From the human T2T-CHM13v2.0 reference genome, Homo sapiens: 64,000 nt of DNA. The stretch lies in NCBI RefSeq assembly GCF_009914755.1, contig NC_060927.1. One strand, given 5' to 3'. How positions within the stretch are numbered: the stretch's first letter is position 1; each line of letters opens with the position of its first letter. The notes under the pieces were generated by a model. That model searched no databases and was not told the origin of the DNA. It was given only the letters and a program-made list of their open reading frames with translations. The position numbers and the translations under genes are program-made. This document shows positions 49,755-64,000 of this stretch, one piece after another.

Positions 49755-50312
49755 GACTGTGGTAACTACAACTTTTGTCTGCTCATCCCGCTTCCCACCC
49801 CTTTTCTTCTGATTCCTTTGGAGAAACTACTCCTTGCCCACATGTGTCCTTAGGGATCTCTCAATTGTGGTATCCGGCCACCCTCCCACAGGGATGAGTA
49901 TTTCACCCAGATCATCCAGTTCACATATACCATGTTCCCAGTGAGGGACTACTTCCAGAATGAACACACGATCCAAGCGGAGCAAATGAGTTTTCTCTGA
50001 GAGTAGTGTAAGGATGCTGGAAGACAAAACTTCTATTTTCACCAGGGCTGTTCAGCTAGAGAATTTTATTCAGAGATATTGTCACCCATCTTACCTACCA
50101 CATAGAGGGAACTTGTCTGTAGGACAGACAAGGAGAGGGAAAAAGGTAGAGAGAGAAAAGTTGCCCAAATGAGAATGTTTGAACTTCTAGATCCAGCTGT
50201 GCCTGAAGCCAGTCCACTCCTGGATACACTTCCCTGTTACATGAGTCAGTAAATTCACTTTCTGCTGAAGCCAGACTGACTTGGGTTTCTTTCATTTGTC
50301 TCTGAAAGAGTG
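49755..50312 (+). mobile_element. MLT1 (MaLR) LTR, degenerate; a similar fragment lies at ~47990-48330
   Basis: CTAGATCCAGCTGTGCCTGAAGCC...GTTACATGAGTCAGTAAATTC...TTGGGTTTCT 3' signature. Confidence 0.55.
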
Positions 50313-52487
50313 AATTTCTGCCATCTAGGTAAAAGAAAGAAGTTTCACCAAAATACGAAAGTAATTATTCTTATTTTCTGCCTTCTTTTGCAGAAAAACT
50401 GACCCATTCGCATACTCATAAAGATGGTCATGAGTGAAGTACCCATCAACTTACCCACTTTAAATGATCTAGGAAAGGGCAAATAGGCTAGAAAATCAAA
50501 TTTGCTCTATGTGCCAGCTATTAATCATGAATTAAAGCCTACCTTCTAACTGAATATGAACTGTTAATCATAATGAATTATAATTATCAATCAATCATAA
50601 ATTGAAGCAAACTATCAATATTGGCAAAGTTAAGTGACCACATTCCCATTAACATTCTGGCAGCAAGGAATCAGTTCTCTCTGTAAGGACATGCTACACC
50701 ACGACTACTTCCAGAGCAAATGATTACTTGCCTCGCTTTGCAGCCAGGTGGGCAAAAACAATCAACAACTTCATGGGTTACCCCATCTGATTCGTCCAAG
50801 CTGAAATATTTATGCCTTGTTTCCCTGACAAGTAAAAAAAGGGAAACAGCAAAAGAAATCCTACAAATCTTAAGCCTGGACTAGATTGCAAAGTGCCAAA
50901 TGCAAAGAAATATTCACCCTGAAATATGTTAATGGCATTTCCTTTTTTGCATCTCTAACTGTGTGGTCTTTTCTCTAGTCAGCCCGAGACACAGAGCTCT
51001 CTGGGGCAGCTAAGCCAGAAGTGGGGATAGGATTTTTGCAATAAGGATGTCAACATTCAATCTCTGACATTCAAATGTATAATTTTGGTGACTGCAGCAA
51101 CAGTAGAATTTGAAAGCCAGGCTTTGTCAAAAGAAAAGGATTTTCTACATGGCTTTATGTTCCTCTTTAACATTTGAGAAGCAGATCAGGCGAACCCAAG
51201 TCTGGGGAGCTCAATTTTTTCAGAACCATAAGGATGATGTAACTTCTAATTTTCTCCCAGAACACAAGTCCCACAGGCTTAGGTGAAAAGATCAGAAGGA
51301 AGTGGAAATCGCAAAGGTCACCCTGAGCCTGACACATAGTGAGTGCTCAAAAACTACTTGTCCACTTGAACTGGAAAAATTCAGAGGTGAGGGCCTAGGT
51401 AGGGGGCTTTCCCATTCTGGCACATTAACAGTTAGCAAAATTTCCCTTCACTAAAGTATAAATTCAGGAAATAGGAAGAACCCAGGACAGATAATCCACC
51501 CACAACTTCACCCCTCAGGCTCTATATTCCAAATTAGGAAAATGGGTTGAATTTATTCCCACTTGGTTGCATACTGTGTATCTGTTTCTGGCTGAGTTGG
51601 CTGCAGCTATGACCCAAACTCATTGATGCTATGTTCTGAAGATATAAACTTAAATCTCTTCTCCAGAGCCACATCTGTGAGATAAAAAAATGACACCACA
51701 TCACTGAGTTATTTCCCAGCATCATCATAGGTCAAGAATGGACCAAACCACCACTCTAGGACCAGCCACCTCTGCTGGAAAGACCGCAGCAGCACCAAGC
51801 AGCCTGAATACTCACAGCTCCCTCTGCATGAGGGGCTGATATGAACTCCTCTTTCCAGAGGTTTTGCTGAATGTGCAAAAAAACACCAATAACAAAAATC
51901 TATTAAAACTGAAACACCTTCCTGGGTGGAAGGGTAGGACAATTAACTAGTTGAAAAGATCCACTGATTAAGCTGGGTCAAATTAACTCAAAATAAATGG
52001 GAAGACCAATGTCATTCATTTAAAAATATTTCTTGAGTGCCTACCACATACTCAATGCCAGAATAAAAGATGTATGAGGCCAATTCTGCTAACCACTCAT
52101 TTTGCCCCATCCACAGTTGGACTTACTGCAGAGGGCTGCTCAGGCTGTGCATTGCAATGGTACCTCCAAGAAGTACCATTCACACAAGCTAGTAACTGCA
52201 GGATGGACCCTGGGAGTTTGCAACATGGTGGCCCTGCCATGACATTTATATTCCTGCTGGTGAAAGAGCTATAAAGGGATAATTATGTGGGACAGGTGCA
52301 GGAATAAAGGTATGTGCAAAAAGTTATGGAAACCTGGTCAAGTAACAAAATAGCTCTATTCTGCTTGACATCCATAGCTTCCCTCAAATTAAGGGAGCAG
52401 CAGGCCCAGGGTTCATGTGTCTACAGGCATTCCTGCAAACAGCATTCTTGTGCAACAGGAAGCGCCTTTAGAAAGTAGTTAATACCA

Positions 52488-52827
<340 letters not shown>

Positions 52828-53446
52828 TTAGCTTCCAGGCTAGCTCCCAAAGCACAAACCCTGAGCAATAGTGAGGTAGCCGGTGTGGTGCTGACCACAG
52901 ACGCTGCACAGCCCACAAAGCAGGTGACTCAGGAATCCACAAGGGATCATTATTCCTTTTGCTTTTTGTCCCAGGAACCTGCAGTTGACTGGCTGGTGTT
53001 AAAGAGTAAAACCATGAGCTTCAAGTCAATGACTAGTAAAAAAGAAAAAGAAAAAAAAAAGTGAACCCAAAAGGTGGCTAAATATTTAGTTTGCTTTAAA
53101 AAAAAAACCATTTGGTGATTTCTCCCTGTCTTCTGGAAGAAAAATCTTAGTGCCAAGTTCATCAGTCTTTTGAGCACCTCTGTGCTTGCCAAGGGGGCTG
53201 AGGACATCAAATGACTTCAGTTGCCTTAGTGCACTCTTATGGGACACACAGAAGAGTCTCACTTCAATGACCCATAGGGGCAGCATAATTGAAACTAATA
53301 CCCTCTTAGATAAGGTCATATTTAGAGTTGCAAGTTACATGTGAGGATATCTCCTTCACTGAGTTGTAATTCTTTGCTTTAAACATCAAAGTAAATAAAT
53401 TACACAGATAACAAATAAACAAATAACCCTAACAGAAATAATGCAA

Positions 53447-54018
53447 GGCCAGGCACAGTGGCTCACGCCTGTAACCGCAGCACTTTGGAAAGCTGTGGCG
53501 GAAGGATTGCTCGAGCCCAGGAGTTTGAGGACAGCCTGGGTAACACAGGGAGACCTGGTCTCCGTTTTTTAATATTATAATATGTTTTTAAATTTGTTTC
53601 AAAAAAGAAATCAGAGAAGAGATAAAAAGATGCTACAAAAAAGGATAATTTTTGTTGATTATTACATAATAATAATTGAATAATAATTCTAAATAAATAA
53701 ATGTAACAATAATAACTACCATTTGTTAGCTATTTTGAAATAAGTTCTCATGTTGTTGCCCAAGCTGGAGCGCAGTAGCACAATCATGGCTCACTGCACC
53801 CTCAACCTTCCAGGCTCAAGTGATCCTCCCATCTCAGCCTCCTGAGTAGCTGGGACTACAGTCATGTGACCACAATAGTGGGCTAATTTTTTTCTTTCTT
53901 TCTTTCTTTCTTTGGAGAGACTGGGTGTGACTATATTGCCCAGGCTGGTGTTAAGCGATCCTCCCACCATAGCCTCCCAAAATGTTGGAATTATAGGCAT
54001 GAGCCACCGTGCCTGGCC
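53447..54018. mobile_element. FLAM-like monomer (+, 53447-53565) and AluJ-like element (-, 53745-54018)
   Basis: Alu-like sequences in opposite orientations. Confidence 0.8.
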
Positions 54019-54179
54019 TGAGTAATTATTTCCTAATTACCATATCTCATCATGCCCCAGGCACTGTGCATTGTCTCATTTAATCCTTAAAACAGTCCTG
54101 TAAGATAGATCCTAACAGACACCAACTATCAGATGAGGAAATTGAGGCTCAGAAAGTAACTTGTCCAAGAATACACAGT

Positions 54180-57832
<3,653 letters not shown>

Positions 57833-58397
57833 ATTTGCCATGAATAAACATTGATTAAATGAAACAGCATGAAATGAATCTGTTATCTTAATACTTGGAG
57901 TTGTCCCAATACCTGAAACAAATGTTCTATCTCTTGCCCTTTTGATTTTTCATCCTTCTGCCAGGGATATCAGTTGAAGGTTGAAGTGGCAGAGAGGAAT
58001 TAGGGAGCCTGTATAAAGTAAAACAAGCTTGGTGCCTGCTACAAAAGCTGGCTTTTTCATGCTGTCTTTGAAATACAGTCTGTATTTTACACTTCTAAAA
58101 TATCTCAGTAAGGACAGTAAATTTTCAGTGGTTAGAACCATGTATCGTAGAAACCTCCGTGGTTCACAGTGAAACCCAGGAAGGAGGGAGGAACTTGTCT
58201 TCTTTCCCAAACAGTCTGAATTACATCTTTCAGCAATTCTACATCTTGAGACCAGCAAGCTATAAAGGCCTAGAATATAACTAACAGAAAGACTGTCAGC
58301 GCAAAAAGGGAATAGTAAAGGGAGGAAGAGACATGAGCTGCAGGATTAGAAAGTGGGCATCTGGATTAAGTCAAGGATCAAATCTGAACATGGCTGA

Positions 58398-58741
<344 letters not shown>

Positions 58742-59009
58742 TGATTGGTGCCTTACACATGCTATTTCATTTAATCCTTACAACAACCTTATGAAGAAGA
58801 TGTGTTTCTACTCCTCAGATGAGAAAACTGAGGCCCAGTGAGGTCAAGAAGTTTGCGCAAAATCACATAGCTGGCAAGGGGGGATATAATTTATACTCTC
58901 TACTTTGAAAGTCCATGCTCAAAGCCACCCGGAGCTGAAGCTTCCCATTAGCTACCTAGAACAATAGGCTTTATTGTTGGAAGATGCAATTGAGATCGCC
59001 TAGTCTATC

Positions 59010-59803
59010 ACTATCCAATATGGATACAATGTGGACCATATAAATAATTTAAATTTTTCCAGTAGCCACATTTTTAAAACATTAAAAAGAAACAGGTGAA
59101 ATTAATTGTAATAGTATTATTTTATTTAATCCAACATATCTAAAATATTATCACATAAACATAGAGTCAATACAAAAATGTATTAATGAGATAGTTTATA
59201 GTGTCTTTCACACTGTTCTTTAAAGACGATTTTACACTTCTAACCCATCTCAGTAAGGATACTAAATTTTCAACGGCTAAAGTAAAATGTAGTGCTGTCA
59301 AAGTTACTACGTTTTGTTTAAAAGAGAAATGTTTTATGCCGTTCCCATTTTTAAATTTAAATTTGACAGTGCGGCAGCTTACACCTGTAATCCCAGCATT
59401 TTGGGAGGCCAAGGCAGGTGGATCGCTTGGGCCCAGAAGTTTGAGACCAGCTTGGGCAACATGACAAAACCTCATCTCTACAAAACAGTACGAAGAAGTA
59501 GCCAGCTGTGGTGGTGCACACCTACAGTCCTGGGTACTCAGGAGGCTAAGCAGAGAGAATCACCTGAGCCTAGGAAGTCAAGGCTGCAGTGAGCTGAGAT
59601 CATGCCACTGCACTCCAGCCTGGGTGACAAGGGATACCCTGCCTCTAAGTAAGTAAATAAGTAAATAAATAAATAAATAAGAATTTGAATTCATTAAAGT
59701 TAAATACAATTTAAAATTCAGTTTCTCCCCAGCCGCACTAGCCACACACATTTCAGGTGATCAATAGCCATATGTGGCTGGCGGCCACTGTATTGGAAAG
59801 TGT
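59010..59803. mobile_element. MER3/MER33 (Charlie5-related) hAT element with inserted AluJ (59370-59680)
   Basis: CTATCCAATA...TTCCAGTAGCCACATTT...ATGTGGCTGGCGGCCACTGTATTGGA. Confidence 0.6.
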
Positions 59804-61474
59804 CAAACTAGCTGAAATACCTCAACTTACAGATGAAGAAACTGTAGCACAGAGAGGTTAAATGACTTGCTCAGAGTTATTGTCAGTTCGTAGCTGAGTT
59901 GGAACTAACCCAAGCTTCCTAACACTGACCTTTCTATCACACCACGTGTAGTGAGGCACTGTTAAACTGATGGGTTGCTGAGGTTGATTTTCAGGCATTT
60001 TGGGGGCCATCCCTCAAACTGACTACATTCCCCTTCTGGCCCTCTCGCTCTTTGGACAAGCTCTCCTTGGGGACTCCTACATCGTCACCATAATTCCACC
60101 TGTAAAGCTCACCCGGAGCGTGCCCCCAAGCCAGGTCCCATATGGCCCTGTTCATAAGAAAGAAGTATGAATGAATATATATATTTTTAAAATATTTTGA
60201 CAAAATGACTTAAATCTAGTCATTTTTACACTATTTCCAAGGACAATTTAATAATGTATGCCAACAATTTTTAAGCATACCTTCATCCTCCAGCAGAAAG
60301 AATGTAGCAAATTTCTCTTGTTAACATTATTTTATGGGTAGAACCATGAGATGCTAAGAAATTGGACAATTTACCTAAGATTGCATGAAGCTTCAGGAGC
60401 TGACAAGTTGAGAACGCTTTCTATTCCTGTTCCTGGCCTCTTTCTAAGTCATAGCACTTCTCTTCGATTACCTGCATTTTCTAAATAGAAGATGAGGTCT
60501 GAATTTAAAGTAGAAAAGATTAGTATGTAAAAGCCCAATAGTTGAGATTTTTGTCATCCAAACAAAAGTCAAGGTAAAACTAATATTTTTAATTCAAGAT
60601 AAACTCATATTAATAGCAAGGTAATGTCCAAATTAATACCAAGGGCAACAGATACATCACTGTTTGTAGAGACTAATTTTTCACGTTGATTTGTGGGGAG
60701 TCCTTAGCAACACTCATTAGGAGCAATGCTGTGGAGGTTTAGGTGGCCCTGAAATTGATTTATGTCTTACCATGTCTTAGGTCTCATTTTTATAGACAAA
60801 GGTAGAGCTATACAGTACTCTTAACTGATGGTAGCCATGGAATTCTAAGCCTTGAAATGTAGTGTATGTAATGACCCAGAGAGGATCATCATTCCTCAGG
60901 AAGCAGATCTGCTGATAGAGAGCTGGAGCTTTTCTGCTGAGTCAGGGAACTCATAAGGTAAACCTTGGAAGAAAACAAGGGAATGAATAAGACGGGGAAG
61001 CGAGGTGCCCCATAAAAATGCCTTGCAAAAAATAACCCAGAAAAGGAATGCAACTTTTTTCTCTTCTGGGTTTTCGTTTTAAGATCAATCTGTTCCTCGG
61101 CTGATATGTAATGAATAAAAATCTGCCTACTGGAAGTGTCCACATAGCGTCCTCACTCTGCTCTTTGTCTGCCACAGGTTAGGCCCTCAAATCCCCAAAG
61201 ACAGCAATCTCCTCTTCTCTCCAAAGACTTATCTTTCTGCAGGTTAATCATACTCAGCTTCTTCAACTCTTCTTCATAGGACAGATTAATTCATTCAATC
61301 AACAAGATCACACCCTATTACGTTCCAGGCCATGTGCAGTGCACTCAGAACACAGAGATCAATGGGATGCAGTCCCACCCACACACTTCCCATGTCAGGG
61401 CTGATTTCCAACAGGCAAAAAATGCTACACGAGATGTGTTGATTTGCAATGAATTAAATTATAACTTCAGGTAA

Positions 61475-61518
61475 ATGATGTTCATCCTCTGGATATATGA
61501 TGTTCATCCTCTGGATAT
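61475..61518. repeat. Perfect 22-bp tandem duplication ATGATGTTCATCCTCTGGATAT
   Basis: 61475-61496 = 61497-61518. Confidence 0.95.
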
Positions 61519-61794
61519 TTTTTGAGAATCTTTTATGTACAGAGCGTATTTTAAGCCTTTCTAACCAGGAGAATCCTTAAGAAGTGGGGGTGAAGCAGTT
61601 TTTGCCCTCAACAACTAAGACTTTAAGCTTATTGCCTGTGTCTGTGGCTATAAAACTGTTTGCATTCTCATTAGTTATTTGCGCACTAAGAGCAGAATTG
61701 TGCATCTTTTCCACTGGAAAGTCACAAACATGGTTAAATTTAAGTAGACTCTGTGTGCTTGCATGTGTTCACGTAATAACAAGTATAATCCTTA

Positions 61795-62128
61795 GAAAAA
61801 CACTTTATTGAAGTACGATGGCAGGAAAAAGATTGTTCATATTTAATGTGCACACCTTGATGAGTTTGGGGATAAGAATACACCTGTGTAACCATCACCA
61901 CCATTAAGGCCACAGACATACACATCACCTTCCAAAGTTTCCTTCCACCCTATTTTATTATTATTATTATTATTTTCATGTTAAAAAACCTTTAAGATCT
62001 ATCCTTTTAGCAAATTTTAAATATATAGTACAGTATTGTTAGCTATAGGCACTATGCTGTATAGTAAATCTCCAGAACTTATTTATCTTACATAACTAAA
62101 AATTGTTCAGTTATCTTTGACCATCATC
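61795..62128 (-). mobile_element. Old L1M 3'-end fragment (target of the SVA)
   Basis: GTAACCATCACCAC...TTAAGATCTA..CTTTTAGCAAATTT...TCTCCAGAACTTATT resembles an L1M 3' UTR. Confidence 0.65.
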
Positions 62129-63577
62129 TTTTTTTTTTTAATTTATTTTTTTATTGATAATTCTTGGGTGTTTCTCACAGAGGGGGATTTGGCAGGGTCA
62201 TGGGACAATAGTGGAGGGAAGGTCAGCAGATAAACAAGTGAACAAAGGTCTCCGGTTTTCCTAGGCAGAGGACCCTGCGGCCTTCCGCAGTGTTTGTGTC
62301 CCTGATTACTTGAGATTAGGGAGTGGTGATGACTCTTAACGAGCATGCTGCCTTCAAGCACCTGTTTAACAAAGCACATCTTGCACCGCCCTTAATCCAT
62401 TTAACCCTGAGTGGACACAGCACATGTTTCAGAGAGCACAGGGTTGGGGGTAAGGTCACAGATCAACAGGATCCCAAGGCAGAAGAATTTTTCTTAGTAC
62501 AGAACAAAATGAAAAGTCTCCCATGTCTACTTCTTTCTGCACAGACACGGCAACCATCCGATTTCTCAATCTTTTCCCCACCTTTCCCGCCTTTCTATTC
62601 CACAAAGCCGCCATTGTCATCCTGGCCCTTTCTCAATGAGCTGTTGGGCACACCTCCCAGACGGGGTGGTGGCCGGGCAGAGGGGCTCCTCACTTCCCAG
62701 TAGGGGCGGCCGGGCAGAGGCGCCCCTCACCTCCCGGACGGGGCGGCTGGCCGGGCGGGGGGCTGACCCCCCACCTCCCTCCCGGACGGGGCGGCTGCCG
62801 GGCGGAGAGGCTCCTCACTTCTCAGACGGGGCGGCCTGGCAGAGACGCTCCTCACCTCCCAGACGGGGTCGCGGCTGGGCAGAGGCGCTCCTCACATCCC
62901 AGATGGGACGGCGGGGCAGAGGCGCTCCCCACATCTCAGACGATGGGCGGCCGGGCAGAGACGCTCCTCACTTCCTAGATGTGATGGCGGCCGGGAAGAG
63001 GCGCTCCTCACTTCCTAGATGGGATGGCGGCCGGGCGGAGACGCTCCTCACTTTCCAGACTGGGCAGCCAGGCAGAGGGGCTCCTCACATCCCAGACGAT
63101 GGGCGGCCAGGCAGAGACACTCCTCACTTCCCAGACGGGGTGGCGGCTGGGCAGAGGCTGCAATCTCGGCATTTTGGGAGGCCAAGGCAGGCAGCTGGGA
63201 GGTGTAGGTTGTAGCGAGCCGAGATCACGCCACTGCACTCCAGCCTGGGCACCATTGAGCACTGAGTGAACGAGACTCCGTCTGCAATCCCGGCACCTCG
63301 GGAGGCCGAGGCTGGCGGATCACTCGCAGCTAGGAGCTGGAGACCAGCCCGGCCAACACAGCGAAACCCCGTCTCCACCAAAACCAGTCAGGCGTGGCGG
63401 CGCGTGCCTGCAATCGCAGGCACTCGGCAGGCTGAGGCAGGAGAATCAGGCAGAGAGGTTGCAGTGAACTGAGATGGCAGCAGTACAGTCCAGCTTCGGC
63501 TCCGCATGAGAGGGAGACCGTGGAAAGAGAGGGAGACCGTGGGGAGAGGGGAGAGGGGACAGGGGAGAGGGGAGAGG
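62129..63577 (-). mobile_element. Full-length SVA retrotransposon
   Basis: (CCCTCT)n-like hexamers 63541-63577, Alu-like domain, GC-rich VNTR ~62650-63150, SINE-R ~62150-62640, poly(A); TSD GACCATCATCTTT at 62119 and 63578. Confidence 0.97.
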
Positions 63578-63784
63578 GACCATCATCTTTACTTCCTTCT
63601 GTTATTAAGCTATTACCATTCATTATCCATCAATGTCAAAAACATCATTTGCTCATTCATTTATTCATGAGTATTTGAATCCCTATCATGTACCAGGCAC
63701 TGCTCAAGGCTCAGGAAAAACAATGGTGCATGTAAAAGACCCAAATGTCAGCCTTTGTGGAGCTTATTAAGAGTTATGATTCCT

Positions 63785-64000
63785 GGCCGTGCACAGTGAA
63801 TCATGCCTGTAATCCCAGCACTTTGGGAGGCCGAGGCGGGTGGATCACTTGAGGTCAGGAGCTCAAGACCAGCCTGGCCAGCTTGGAGAAACCCTGTCTC
63901 TACTAAAAGAATACAAAAATTAGCCAGGTGTCGTGGCGGGTCCCTGTAATCCCAGCTACTTGGGAGGCTGAGGGTAGGAGAATCACTTGAACCTGGGAGG
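63785..64000 (+). mobile_element. Alu (runs off the window end)
   Basis: Alu left arm, linker and part of the right arm. Confidence 0.9.

Noticed and set aside
60935-60944. TGCTGAGTCA MARE/ARE-like motif
   Set aside because: A single 10-mer lacking the flanking purine of a canonical ARE; insufficient without chromatin data.
62143-63623. Many ORFs up to 192 aa
   Set aside because: Standard SVA VNTR/Alu-like/SINE-R translations.

Overview
Human (hominid) genomic DNA, recognisable as 3q26.32. The + strand carries the last four coding exons of PIK3CA (kinase domain, wild-type His1047 codon) and its ~5.7 kb 3' UTR. The - strand carries the whole convergent KCNMB3 gene (BK channel beta-3). All four alternative N-termini (beta3a/b/c/d), the shared exons and an alternative last exon antisense to the end of the PIK3CA 3' UTR can be read directly. 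The most interesting structure lies in the KCNMB3 beta3a first intron: a same-strand stack of a solo LTR12/ERV9 LTR (34.1-35.4 kb) and a full-length processed LRRFIP1 (GCF2-type) retrocopy (29.1-33.4 kb). The retrocopy has a 16-bp TSD and a retained CpG island, and it inserted into a MER47 transposon. A splice donor in its 3' UTR supplies 'AT', which joins the first 'G' of KCNMB3 exon 2 to build the beta3b start codon. The rest is repeat-rich: about 40 Alus, L1 fragments, DNA transposons, MIR/MLT and a full-length SVA. Isoform names, variant names and repeat subfamilies are recalled from memory and were not searched. Repeat boundaries are approximate.
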